Shown in pieces: positions 17,614 through 26,376 of a stretch of 32,000 nucleotides of DNA. The number at the start of each line of letters is the position of its first letter. The first letter of the stretch is position 1. The position numbers and the translations under genes are program-made. The notes below the pieces were generated by a model. That model was not told the origin of the DNA. It ran no database searches and was given only the letters and a program-made list of their open reading frames with translations. This DNA is from Gammaproteobacteria bacterium (GTDB lineage: Bacteria > Pseudomonadota > Gammaproteobacteria > JBIOEC01), in NCBI GenBank assembly GCA_965279305.1, contig OZ257143.1:1200001-1232000 (forward strand). The letters run 5' to 3'.

Positions 17614-18246
17614 ATGTTTACCGGTATTATCCAAACTGTTGGAACGATAGAAAAAATTGAAAAATTCGAAAATGATGTTCGTTTTCAAATAAAAGCACAC
17701 GCTGACTTTTTGAGCGATGTTAAAGTAGGCGATAGTATTTCGATTAACGGAGTATGTCTTACTGTCATTAATGTAAATGATTCTCTTTTTAATGTAGATG
17801 TTTCTTTTCATACATTAGAAAAAACCACATTAAACCAATTTAATACGGGTTCTCGTGTGAATTTGGAAAAATGTTTGCAGTTAAATAGTTATATGGGCGG
17901 CCATTGTGTGTTAGGCCATGTAGATGGCGTAGCGGTTTTATTGGAAAAGAAAACAATAGGCCGATCGGAAGAATGGGTTTGGAAAATTCCTTCTGATTTA
18001 TTGGGCTTTATAGCTGAAAAAGGCTCATTAACGATTGATGGAATTAGTTTAACCGTCAATAGCATAAAAGATAATAAAGTGGGTATTACATTGGTTCCAC
18101 ATACTTTAGATGCTACCGCTTTAATGGATATTAATGTGGGTGAAAAGGCTAATATAGAAGTAGATGTGATTGCTCGCTATGTAGCTAGATGGTTATCGGT
18201 AAATAATGAACAGTTTGAAGAAAAAATTCATGAGAAAACAGTATGA
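17614..18246 (+). CDS. ribE: Riboflavin synthase (alpha chain)
   Basis: The 210-aa protein starts MFTGIIQ and has an internally duplicated lumazine-binding fold (SISINGVCLTV / SLTIDGISLTV). Confidence 0.93.
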   Translation: MFTGIIQTVGTIEKIEKFENDVRFQIKAHADFLSDVKVGDSISINGVCLTVINVNDSLFNVDVSFHTLEKTTLNQFNTGSRVNLEKCLQLNSYMGGHCVLGHVDGVAVLLEKKTIGRSEEWVWKIPSDLLGFIAEKGSLTIDGISLTVNSIKDNKVGITLVPHTLDATALMDINVGEKANIEVDVIARYVARWLSVNNEQFEEKIHEKTV

Positions 18247-18878
18247 AAAATGAATTAAATCATGTTGATATGAAGCAATATATGAGTTCCGTGCCGGAAC
18301 TTATTAAAGAAATTCAAGAAGGCCGCATGGTTATTTTAATAGATGATCCCGATCGTGAAAATGAAGGCGATCTGGTAATGGCTGCTGAATGTGTAGAAGC
18401 GCATCATATTAATTTTATGACGCAATATGGAAGAGGTTTGGTCTGCTTAACATTAACTAAAGAACGTTGCCAACAATTAGATTTGCCTCCTATGGTGAGC
18501 AGCAATGAATCTCGTTACCATACGAATTTTACCGTTTCTATAGAAGCGGCGAATGGTGTAACAACAGGTATTGCCTGTTCAGAGAGAGCAGTAACGATTC
18601 GTACTGCGGTTGATCCTAAAACAGTTCCTCATGATTTAGTTCGTCCTGGTCATATTTTTCCTATTATGGCGGTTGACGGTGGTTTAAATGAACGTCGCGG
18701 ACATACTGAAGCGAGTGTTGAGTTGGCGCGTTTAGCGGGCTTTATGCCAGCCGGTGTATTAATTGAAATTTTAAATGATGATGGTGAAATGGCCAGAGGA
18801 ATGGATTTAGTGAATTTTGCAAAACGTCATGATTTAAAACTGGGTACAGTGGCTGAACTAGTTGATTATTTGGGGTAG
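18243..18878 (+). CDS. ribB: 3,4-dihydroxy-2-butanone-4-phosphate synthase (monofunctional, no GTP cyclohydrolase II domain)
   Basis: The 211-aa protein has the DRENEGDL and RxGHTE motifs. Its start overlaps the ribE stop (ATGA). Confidence 0.93.
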   Translation: MKNELNHVDMKQYMSSVPELIKEIQEGRMVILIDDPDRENEGDLVMAAECVEAHHINFMTQYGRGLVCLTLTKERCQQLDLPPMVSSNESRYHTNFTVSIEAANGVTTGIACSERAVTIRTAVDPKTVPHDLVRPGHIFPIMAVDGGLNERRGHTEASVELARLAGFMPAGVLIEILNDDGEMARGMDLVNFAKRHDLKLGTVAELVDYLG

Positions 18879-18890
18879 AGTATTCAAACC

Positions 18891-19367
18891 ATGTATAACG
18901 GACAAGCAGAAGAAGTATACTTTGAATTTGAAGGAAAGCCGAATATAGCTATTGTTGCGTCACGCTTTAATTCTGATATTGTTGATATGCTGATTGAAGG
19001 CGCGATGAGTGCATTAGAAAGCCGTGGGATTTCTAAAGATAAAATTACTTTATTACGAGTGCCAGGTGCATTTGAATTGCCCCTAGCCGTGCAACACATT
19101 TTAGAAAAAACAGATGCATGCATTGCTTTAGGGGCTGTTATTCGAGGAGAAACTCCACATTTTGATTATGTAGCTGGAGAATGTGCAAGAGGTTTAATGC
19201 AAGTGGCTCTGCACACAAAAAAACCGGTTATTTTTGGTGTGTTAACGACTGATACTTTAGAGCAAGCAAAAGATAGGGCTGGTGGAAAACTGGGAAATAA
19301 AGGTTTTGATTCCGCCATGAATTTAATTGAAATGTTAAATCTAGAACACCATATAAAGGGATTATGA
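18891..19367 (+). CDS. ribH: 6,7-dimethyl-8-ribityllumazine synthase
   Basis: The 158-aa protein has [15 protein letters not shown] and [14 protein letters not shown]. Confidence 0.94.
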   Translation: MYNGQAEEVYFEFEGKPNIAIVASRFNSDIVDMLIEGAMSALESRGISKDKITLLRVPGAFELPLAVQHILEKTDACIALGAVIRGETPHFDYVAGECARGLMQVALHTKKPVIFGVLTTDTLEQAKDRAGGKLGNKGFDSAMNLIEMLNLEHHIKGL

Positions 19368-19789
19368 GCACACTTAAATTACGCCGAAAGGCTAGACAGT
19401 TTTTAGTACAAGCGATTTATCAATGGCAAGTTTCTCATGCCACTTATGTTGATATTGCTGCGCAATTTTTAGCCGATAATGATAATGCTAAATTTGATGT
19501 AGAATATTTTGAAGAAATTTTAGAAGGTGTGATGGCAAAAGTAGCTGAATTAGATGCTGCTTTGAAACCGGTTATTCATAGAGATTTAAAAACCTTGGAT
19601 CCTGTTGAATTAGCGATTCTGCGTTTGGCTGTGTATGAATTGACATTCCGATTGGATATTCCTTATCGAGTGGTGATCAATGAAGCTATTGATCAGGCTA
19701 AGCGATTTGGTGCTACGGATGGCCATAAATTTGTGAATGGCGTACTGGATAAAGTAGCGCAAAGTATTCGTAAAACTGAGATTAAATAG
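19364..19789 (+). CDS. nusB: Transcription antitermination factor NusB
   Basis: The 141-aa protein has a NusB-type N-terminus ([15 protein letters not shown]) and the C-terminal KFVNGVLDK motif. Its start overlaps the ribH stop. Confidence 0.94.
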   Translation: MSTLKLRRKARQFLVQAIYQWQVSHATYVDIAAQFLADNDNAKFDVEYFEEILEGVMAKVAELDAALKPVIHRDLKTLDPVELAILRLAVYELTFRLDIPYRVVINEAIDQAKRFGATDGHKFVNGVLDKVAQSIRKTEIK

Positions 19790-19802
19790 TTTTTATTGCT
19801 CT

Positions 19803-20765
19803 ATGAAAGAATTTGAGTTAATTAAAAAATACTTTCAAGATAAGACTTCCACTCATCCTAATACTGTATTGGGAATAGGAGACGATGCGGCTATTCTCAA
19901 GCTTTCTCAAAATGAACAATTAGTAGTTTCAGTAGATACTATTGTAAGCGGTATACACTTTTTGCCTGATACCTCAGCTGCCGCTATTGCCTATCTCGCT
20001 TTGGCAGTAAATCTCAGCGATATGGCTGCTATGGGCGCTATACCTAGATGGTTTACTTTAGCTTTAACATTACCGAACGCCAATGAACAATGGCTCAGTG
20101 AATTTAGCAGAGGGCTTTTTGATCTGGCTTCACAATATGATATTGAATTAATAGGCGGAGATACTACACAAGGCCTATTAACGGTAACCATTCAAATAAT
20201 GGGAACACTTACGGATGCTAAAGCGTTATTGAGAAGTGGCGCAAAAGCGGGCGATAAAATTTATGTATCGGGTTATCTGGGTGATGCAGGCTTAGGCTTA
20301 GAAATGTTGCAAGGAAAACGAGAAGTGTCTGCACCGTATCGAGAATATTTGCAGAGACGATACCAATATCCAGAACCGCGCGTAAAATTTGCACAATCTT
20401 TATTGAATATAGCTAATAGTGCTATCGATATTTCAGATGGTTTGGCGGCTGATTTAAATCATATTTTAGAAAAAAGCGGGGTAGGTGCAACTATTTTTTC
20501 TTCTCATTTGCCATTGTCTGAGGCGCTTAAAAAAAGCGTAAACCCTGAAGATGCACTATATTTAGCTTTAGCAGCCGGTGGTGATTACGAACTCTGTTTC
20601 ACTATTTCAGCTGAATATGAGAAAGATCTTCAACGATTATCGCAAGCGTTAACCCTTCCTTGTACTTGTATTGGGGAAGTGAAAGCGGGAGCGGGATTAG
20701 AAATAGTGGATGGGCACGATCGTGTTATTCCTGTAAAGTCATTAGGATGGGAGCATTTTGTATGA
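19803..20765 (+). CDS. thiL: Thiamine-monophosphate kinase
   Basis: The 320-aa protein has GIGDDAA, NLSDMAAMGA and an AIR-synthase-like fold. The nusB-thiL-pgpA synteny is conserved. Confidence 0.92.
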   Translation: MKEFELIKKYFQDKTSTHPNTVLGIGDDAAILKLSQNEQLVVSVDTIVSGIHFLPDTSAAAIAYLALAVNLSDMAAMGAIPRWFTLALTLPNANEQWLSEFSRGLFDLASQYDIELIGGDTTQGLLTVTIQIMGTLTDAKALLRSGAKAGDKIYVSGYLGDAGLGLEMLQGKREVSAPYREYLQRRYQYPEPRVKFAQSLLNIANSAIDISDGLAADLNHILEKSGVGATIFSSHLPLSEALKKSVNPEDALYLALAAGGDYELCFTISAEYEKDLQRLSQALTLPCTCIGEVKAGAGLEIVDGHDRVIPVKSLGWEHFV

Positions 20766-21232
20766 AAAAAATGAGTCAAAAGGATTTTGATAAAAAGTTT
20801 TGGATTTTTGTAGCCCAAGGTTTTGGGAGTGGTTTGTCTCCCTGGGCGCCGGGTACGTGTGGCACAGTAGTGGGTGTGTTTTTATTCTTTTTGATTAGTT
20901 GGTTACCGATAGGGTACTATGTAATGGTTACCTTTGCCCTCACTTTATTTGGTTTTTGGTTATGTGAGATGGCTTCTAAAGAATTGGGTTATGATCACCC
21001 CAGCATTGTATGGGATGAAATTGTGGGATTCTTATGGGTGATGGTAGCCGTTCCCGATTCGTGGATGTGGGTAGTGGCTGCTTTTATCTTATTTAGAGCG
21101 TTTGATATTTGGAAACCTAAGCCTATCGATTGGGCTGATAAGCAGCTAAAAGGTGGCCCCGGTGTGATGATTGACGATTTGTTTGCAGCGCTTTATGCAT
21201 GGTTGGCTTTACAAGTATTGTTTTTAATTTAG
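20762..21232 (+). CDS. pgpA: Phosphatidylglycerophosphatase A
   Basis: GFGSGLSPWAPGTCGT and WDEIVGF motifs are present. The ATG at 20762 overlaps the thiL stop (ATGA), so the longer ORF-track start at 20660 lies inside thiL and is unlikely. Confidence 0.9.
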   Translation: MKKMSQKDFDKKFWIFVAQGFGSGLSPWAPGTCGTVVGVFLFFLISWLPIGYYVMVTFALTLFGFWLCEMASKELGYDHPSIVWDEIVGFLWVMVAVPDSWMWVVAAFILFRAFDIWKPKPIDWADKQLKGGPGVMIDDLFAALYAWLALQVLFLI

Positions 21233-21244
21233 AGATGAGGATTT

Positions 21245-21463
21245 ATGAAGAAATTTGTTGAACGTTTTACCCCTTTTTTAGTATTGGGAATTGCTGTTGT
21301 GATAGGTGTTGTCGGTTTGTTTTTTGCTTTCTATTTGTTGATTTGGGGAGCTGTTGTAGCCGTTATTCTTTATTGCATTGCATGGGTAAGAAATAAATTT
21401 TCTACAGAGTCGCCCAAATCTACTGTGCCTAAAAAAGGTAGAACGATTGATCACGAGCCATAG
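21245..21463 (+). CDS. Small (72-aa) two-TM membrane protein, unknown function
   Basis: The ORF begins 12 nt after pgpA and is preceded by GAGATGAGGA. It has two hydrophobic helices and a basic C-terminal tail. No family is recognised. Confidence 0.45.
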   Translation: MKKFVERFTPFLVLGIAVVIGVVGLFFAFYLLIWGAVVAVILYCIAWVRNKFSTESPKSTVPKKGRTIDHEP

Positions 21464-21469
21464 GATGTT

Positions 21470-21763
21470 TTAGGCTTCTGAGGTTTCGGCTTCGATGGTT
21501 TTATTTGGTGTGTGCTGATCACCTGCTTCTTCTGGATTGAACATAGGAAGCTTACCAAACAGTAACCAATTAGGATTGATATTAAGAAATTGGCTGAAGC
21601 GGGCAAATACCTGAATGCTAAAATGGCGCTTTCCCGTTTCATATTGAGAATAGGTGGATTGAGCAATATCATGAGCTTGAGCGAATGCTCTGGCTGTTTT
21701 AAAGCCAGCTGCTTGCCGGGATATTCGTAGGCGCTGTCCAACGAGCTTGCTGAGTGAGTTCAT
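21470..21763 (-). CDS. XRE/Cro-C1-type helix-turn-helix transcriptional regulator
   Basis: The HTH signature is LVGQRLRISRQAAGFKTARAFAQAHDIAQSTYSQYETGKR. The ATG at 21763, preceded by AAAAGGGA, is a better start than the TTG at 21787 in the ORF track. Confidence 0.8.
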   Translation of the reverse strand: MNSLSKLVGQRLRISRQAAGFKTARAFAQAHDIAQSTYSQYETGKRHFSIQVFARFSQFLNINPNWLLFGKLPMFNPEEAGDQHTPNKTIEAETSEA

Positions 21764-21898
21764 GTTATAATCCCTTTTACCTTCCAATCGGTCAAGATAC
21801 TGTGTTTGGCGGGAAATGCCAATAGCTGATTATCCATATTGTTTTGAGAGATTGACGTTTTATTGTGTGCGAAAAAGATTACAAAGGAGTATCTAATA

Positions 21899-22753
21899 GT
21901 GACAGATCTACAAACAGATTCACCCGCTCACTTGCAAAAGGCTCCTTTAGGCAAGCCTGTTACCTATAAAGAGCAGTATGATCCTTCTTTATTATTTCCT
22001 ATTTCTAGAAAAGATCAACGAGCCGGCATAGGACTATCAGACGAGCTGCCTTTTAGTGGCGCTGATGTTTGGTATGCTTATGAAGTGTCTTGGTTAAACC
22101 CTAATGGTAAACCTGAGGTGGCCTTGGCTGAGTTTACGATCCCTTGTGATTCTCCTTTTATTATAGAGTCCAAATCATTGAAGCTTTTTTTAACCTCTTT
22201 GAATGGCACTAAATTTGCAGCCCTGACTAATGTGATTAATACATTAGCTAGAGATTTGTCTAAGGCGGCTGGAGCCACTGTGGATGTAAATATTCAGCGT
22301 TTATCTGAAATTACTTTTTCGCCTCAACTATCGCATTTTAGTGGTGAATGTTTAGATACATTAGACGTTCCCTGTGATGTCTATACCGTGCATCCAGAGT
22401 ATTTAAAATGTGTAGGCGAAGAAAAGATCACGGAAGTGCTATATTCAAATTTACTACGCTCGAATTGCCTGAAAACAGGTCAGCCTGATTGGGGTTCTGT
22501 AAAAATTTCTTATACGGGTAAAGCCATCGATAAACCAAGTTTATTGCAATATATTGTTTCTTTTCGTCGTCATCACGGATTTGGTGAAGATTGTGTGGAG
22601 CAAATGTTTGCGCATATTATGGAACGTTGTGCCCCGGATGAATTAACGGTAGAAGCTCGCTATACGCGTCGTGGTGGCCTTGATATCAATCCCTTGCGTA
22701 CAAACGCAAGCGTTGTGCCTGCGCGCGATGTAGTGAGATTGTGGCGCCAATAG
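21899..22753 (+). CDS. queF: NADPH-dependent 7-cyano-7-deazaguanine (preQ0) reductase, two-domain type
   Basis: The protein is collinear with E. coli QueF/YqcD (SNCLxTxQPDWGS, YTRRGGLDINP). The likely start is the GTG at 21899, 9 nt after AAGGAG. The ORF-track TTG at 21863 adds 12 codons. Confidence 0.9.
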   Translation: MTDLQTDSPAHLQKAPLGKPVTYKEQYDPSLLFPISRKDQRAGIGLSDELPFSGADVWYAYEVSWLNPNGKPEVALAEFTIPCDSPFIIESKSLKLFLTSLNGTKFAALTNVINTLARDLSKAAGATVDVNIQRLSEITFSPQLSHFSGECLDTLDVPCDVYTVHPEYLKCVGEEKITEVLYSNLLRSNCLKTGQPDWGSVKISYTGKAIDKPSLLQYIVSFRRHHGFGEDCVEQMFAHIMERCAPDELTVEARYTRRGGLDINPLRTNASVVPARDVVRLWRQ

Positions 22754-22758
22754 TAAAA

Positions 22759-22820
22759 TCACCTCTCCCCTTGTGGGAGAGGTCGCGAAGTTCACGTAGT
22801 GAACTGAGAGGGTGAGGGGT
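22759..22820. repeat. REP-like double-hairpin element between the convergent queF and folE2 genes
   Basis: Hairpin 1 is cctctccc (22762-22769) / gggagagg (22775-22782). Hairpin 2 is agttcac (22789-22795) / gtgaact (22799-22805). A G-rich gagggtgagggg follows. Confidence 0.65.
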
Positions 22821-22827
22821 AATAAAT

Positions 22828-23622
22828 TTATTTACCGATCACTGCAAAAGCAGAGTGGTTGTGAATAGATTCGAAATTTTCTGCTGTTACTTCGTAATGT
22901 TGTACGCGTTTATCGGCATTTAATACCGCCGCAATATCACGCACAATATCTTCTACAAATTTAGGGTTTTCATACGCTTTTTCGGTAACGTATTTTTCAT
23001 CGGGGCGTTTTAAAATACTATATACTTCGCAAGACGCTTGTTTTTCTGCAATCGAAATAGTTTCTTCAATCCATAAATCTTTTACATCAAACAAAGTAAT
23101 TTTGACATGTGAACGTTGATTATGAGCGCCATACTCTGAAATTTCTTTTGAACAAGGGCATAAGCTAGTCACAGGAATAGTCACTTGCAAATTAAGCTTA
23201 GGTTTACCTGCTACCATTTCACCGGTAATTAATACATCGTAATCCGATAAGCTGGTTACACCGCTGACAGGTGCGCTCTTTTGACAAAAATAAGGGAATG
23301 AAAATTCAAAATAAGCATGTTCAGTTTTCAGATACCCTAACATATAAGATAATAATTGCTGAAATGATTCTGGATCAGCAGGTTTATCAAAATCGTTTAA
23401 AATTTCAATAAAGCGAGACATATGTGTCCCTTTTTGTTCGGGTGTTAGACTCACATATAAATTACATAGCGCCACCGTCGGTTGAGGGCGTCCATCGGCT
23501 TGAGCAATCACAATAGGGTGACGAATGCCTTTAATCCCCACTTTGTTAATAAATAACTCTCTGGAATCAGGCAAGCCTTGCACATCTAAAATAGTTGAGT
23601 GATTAAGTTCTGTGGTTGTCAT
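22828..23622 (-). CDS. folE2: GTP cyclohydrolase I type 2 (FolE2/IB)
   Basis: The 264-aa protein has GTHMSRF and SLCPCSKEISEYGAHNQRSH motifs characteristic of FolE2. Confidence 0.9.
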   Translation of the reverse strand: MTTTELNHSTILDVQGLPDSRELFINKVGIKGIRHPIVIAQADGRPQPTVALCNLYVSLTPEQKGTHMSRFIEILNDFDKPADPESFQQLLSYMLGYLKTEHAYFEFSFPYFCQKSAPVSGVTSLSDYDVLITGEMVAGKPKLNLQVTIPVTSLCPCSKEISEYGAHNQRSHVKITLFDVKDLWIEETISIAEKQASCEVYSILKRPDEKYVTEKAYENPKFVEDIVRDIAAVLNADKRVQHYEVTAENFESIHNHSAFAVIGK

Positions 23623-24008
23623 GATAAATTCTCTTCTGTATAACGCACGGCTTCATAAGGGGTTTCCTGTAAGGTAACCGCATTCACACGCACGCGATCT
23701 GAATTTAATTCCTGGGCAATTTGCTTATATAACCAGGCCGCAATATTTTCAGCCGTAGGGTTTATTTTATCAAAAGGGGGAATTTCATTAAAAAATTTAT
23801 GGTCTAATTGCTGTACTATTTTATCAATAGCAGGCCTAGCAATAGCAAAATCGATAACCATGCCCTCGTCATTTAAGCTAGGGGCGGACATCTCAGTAAT
23901 TAATTGGTAATTATGGCCATGCATTTGAATACAGTCCCCGCGATAATCTCTTAAGCGGTGGGCTCCACAGAAATAATTGGTCACTTTTACGGTATACATA
24001 CTAGCCAT
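23619..24008 (-). CDS. queD: 6-carboxy-5,6,7,8-tetrahydropterin synthase
   Basis: The 129-aa protein is PTPS-family with the QueD-type CxxxHGH signature (GDCIQMHGHNY) and GAHRL. Its stop overlaps the folE2 start by 4 nt. Confidence 0.88.
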   Translation of the reverse strand: MASMYTVKVTNYFCGAHRLRDYRGDCIQMHGHNYQLITEMSAPSLNDEGMVIDFAIARPAIDKIVQQLDHKFFNEIPPFDKINPTAENIAAWLYKQIAQELNSDRVRVNAVTLQETPYEAVRYTEENLS

Positions 24009-24101
24009 GTAAGTTGGTCGACTAATCTTTTTTAAGGTGAGTAGATTATAACATATCTATGCTAAACAAGGCTATTTTGCTTTTTTAGGGGGATTTGGAA
24101 A

Positions 24102-24129
24102 TTGACAGTGTGCATAAGGCTGCTATCCT
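24102..24129 (+). promoter_or_regulatory. Candidate promoter for the HdeA-like gene (-35 TTGACA, 16-nt spacer, -10 TATCCT)
   Basis: TTGACA lies at 24102-24107 and TATCCT at 24124-24129. An AAGGAG RBS lies at 24156-24161. Confidence 0.4.
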
Positions 24130-24167
24130 CAGAAGATGGGTTCTAATTACATTTTAAGGAGACGAAA

Positions 24168-24482
24168 ATGCAACTACAAAGACTATTATTAGGTGTTATC
24201 TGCGCGGTATCTTGTGTTTCTGCTTTTGCTGGCACAACTACTGTTAAAGAAAAGATTAAATTGCATGATATGGATTGCAGCACGTTTATTGCTTTAGGTC
24301 CTGAGCATCACTCTAAAGTGGTTTATTGGTCTGTTGCGCATCACAATAGAAATACTGATACCAAAGACGTTTACATTGATATTAAAGGGCTTGATGCCAC
24401 CTCTTCAGAAATCGTACAACATTGTAAAAGTGCTCCAGGCACGAACTTCTATGAAGTAGTAAAAATTAAGACTAAAAACTAA
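24168..24482 (+). CDS. Secreted HdeA/HdeB-like periplasmic (acid-stress chaperone family) protein
   Basis: The signal peptide is MQLQRLLLGVICAVSCVSAFA. The mature region aligns by eye with HdeA (DCSTFIAL... vs TCEDFLAV...; IVQHCK vs IVQACT). The two Cys are 49 residues apart, against 48 in HdeA. Confidence 0.5.
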   Translation: MQLQRLLLGVICAVSCVSAFAGTTTVKEKIKLHDMDCSTFIALGPEHHSKVVYWSVAHHNRNTDTKDVYIDIKGLDATSSEIVQHCKSAPGTNFYEVVKIKTKN

Positions 24483-24494
24483 TCAGTAAAGCTG

Positions 24495-24528
24495 AAGGGA
24501 GGGGTTGTTTATCCCTCCCTTTATGTTT
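24495..24528 (+). terminator. Rho-independent terminator after the HdeA-like gene
   Basis: The stem aagggaggg (24495-24503) / ccctccctt (24513-24521) has a 9-nt loop and is followed by a T-rich tatgttt. Confidence 0.7.
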
Positions 24529-24560
24529 GCCTTTTTAAAGTAGTTCGGTAAACTGATAGG

Positions 24561-25844
24561 ATGAAATATATTGTAAAATCCAGCGTTCTTTCTGGGAATA
24601 TCCGTATTCCTAGCTCTAAATCGCATACCATGCGAGCTATTTTGTTTGCTAGCCTAGCCAAAGGACAGAGCCTGATCCACCATTATTTACCATCCCCAGA
24701 TACCGATGCCATGATCCAAGCCTGTATTCAATTGGGTGCGGCTATAGAGAGAACCCCTGAATTATTACGAATTACGGGTGTGGCCGGGGCGCCCCATTTG
24801 CCTGGGAATATTATAGATGTAGGCAATTCCGGGCAAGTATTGCGCTTTATAGCAGCGATAACATCTCTTACCTCTGGCTATACGATTTTTACCGGTGATG
24901 AATCGGTTCGATATAACCGTCCTATGCAGCCTTTATTAAACGGTATCCAGCAATTAGGGGGAATGGCGGTTTCTACCAAAAATGATGGACGTGCACCGGT
25001 TATCATAAAAGGTCCTATTCATTCGGGAACGGCAGAAATAACGGGCGAAGATTCTCAACCAGTTTCTGCTTTGTTAATGGCCGCTGCTTTTTTGCCTGGT
25101 AAAACCAGGTTGACCGTGAATAACCCTGGTGAAAAACCGTGGGTAGAATTAACCTTAGACTGGTTGAGGCGTTTAGGAATTGATGTCCAACATAAAGATT
25201 ACCAACATTACGAAATAGCGGGTAGTGCCGCTTATGATGGTTTTGAATATACTGTGCCAGGTGATTTTAGTTCGGCTGCATTTCCAATAATAGCGGCGAT
25301 GCTGACGCAATCAGAAATTAAACTAGATAATATAGATATGAGCGATGTGCAAGGTGATAAGGCAGTAATCGCTGCTTTAGAAAATATGGGGGCACAATTT
25401 GATTATGATAAGAATAAAAAGCAATTGCATATTAAAAAATCGGGGCTATTAAAAGGCGGTGAACTCAATATCAATGATTATATTGATGCATTATGTGTTT
25501 TGTCTGTCGCTGGGTGTGTTATGGAAAATGCTTTAGTGATTTCCGGTGCTGAAGCTGCGCAATATAAAGAATCGAATCGTTTGACGGCGATGACTAATGA
25601 GCTTAAAAAAATGGGTGCAAGCATCAATGAGCTTGTAGATGGTTTAATGGTGGTTCCTTCTCTATTAAAAGGTGCAGAAGTCAAAAGCTATGATGATCAC
25701 CGTGTGGCTATGTCCTTAGTGTTAGCAGGATTATGCGCTTCGGGTGAAACTATTATTCACGATATTGAATGTGTTAATAAGAGTTTTCCACAATTTTATC
25801 AGCATATGAAAGCATTAGGCGCTGATATACAGGAAATAGCATGA
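24561..25844 (+). CDS. aroA: 3-phosphoshikimate 1-carboxyvinyltransferase (EPSP synthase)
   Basis: The 427-aa protein has SKSHTMRAILFASLA, GNSGQVLRF and DHRVAMS motifs. Confidence 0.94.
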   Translation: MKYIVKSSVLSGNIRIPSSKSHTMRAILFASLAKGQSLIHHYLPSPDTDAMIQACIQLGAAIERTPELLRITGVAGAPHLPGNIIDVGNSGQVLRFIAAITSLTSGYTIFTGDESVRYNRPMQPLLNGIQQLGGMAVSTKNDGRAPVIIKGPIHSGTAEITGEDSQPVSALLMAAAFLPGKTRLTVNNPGEKPWVELTLDWLRRLGIDVQHKDYQHYEIAGSAAYDGFEYTVPGDFSSAAFPIIAAMLTQSEIKLDNIDMSDVQGDKAVIAALENMGAQFDYDKNKKQLHIKKSGLLKGGELNINDYIDALCVLSVAGCVMENALVISGAEAAQYKESNRLTAMTNELKKMGASINELVDGLMVVPSLLKGAEVKSYDDHRVAMSLVLAGLCASGETIIHDIECVNKSFPQFYQHMKALGADIQEIA

Positions 25845-26371
25845 ATATTATTCTTATCGGATTTAAAAATTGTGGAAAAACAACTATGGGAAAAGTGCTT
25901 GCTGAAAGTAAAGGCTGGCGTTTTGTGGATACCGACCATTTGATTGAAGAAACCTATAATGCTTCAAATCAGACTCATTTATCGACTTGTGATATTTATA
26001 AAAAAGAAGGCTCTGATTTTTTTCGTGAGCTTGAACATAAAGTATTGACTACACTGATCGATTCACAAAACACAGTAATAGCTACCGGTGGTGGCATTGT
26101 GATAGAAGAAAAAAATAGAGATATTTTGAAAAAATTAGGAACAGTTTTATATTTAAATGTGCCAAAAGAGGAATTGAAAAAACGCATGAACAAAAATAAA
26201 CTTCCTGCTTTTCTTGAAGAAAGTAATAGTGATGATAGTTTTGAAGAAGTATATAAGTTCCGAAAACCTATTTATGAACTATTAGCAGATGAAATCATTG
26301 AATCGGTATTTAACTCGTCATTGCGAGCACCCGTTTCGGGTGCGTGGCAATCCATATCAAATAAAAGGTAG
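25841..26371 (+). CDS. aroK: Shikimate kinase; its C-terminal ~19 aa are encoded by a palindromic repeat
   Basis: The 176-aa protein has a P-loop (GFKNCGKTT) and ATGGG(I/V)V. Its start overlaps the aroA stop (ATGA). The tail SLRAPVSGAWQSISNKR is encoded by the hairpin element at 26320-26351. Confidence 0.88.
   Translation: MNIILIGFKNCGKTTMGKVLAESKGWRFVDTDHLIEETYNASNQTHLSTCDIYKKEGSDFFRELEHKVLTTLIDSQNTVIATGGGIVIEEKNRDILKKLGTVLYLNVPKEELKKRMNKNKLPAFLEESNSDDSFEEVYKFRKPIYELLADEIIESVFNSSLRAPVSGAWQSISNKR
26320..26351. repeat. Small palindromic (REP-like) hairpin embedded in the 3' end of aroK
   Basis: attgc-ga-gcacccg-ttt-cgggtgc-gtg-gcaat forms a 7-bp inner stem (26327-26333 / 26337-26343) plus a 5-bp outer stem (26320-26324 / 26347-26351). 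Confidence 0.7.
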
Positions 26372-26376
26372 TCATT

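Noticed and set aside
17215-17811. The 198-aa minus-strand ORF spanning the ribD/ribE junction.
   Set aside because: It lies entirely antisense to two well-supported rib genes, has no RBS or recognisable domain, and has AT-rich shadow-frame composition.
24009-24100. A possible preQ1 riboswitch upstream of queD. The minus-strand leader contains ccuuaaaaaagauuag, reminiscent of the A-rich preQ1-I tail.
   Set aside because: The putative P1 stem overlaps the best -10 box (TATAAT), so it would not be transcribed. The conserved loop and C residues of preQ1-I are not evident.
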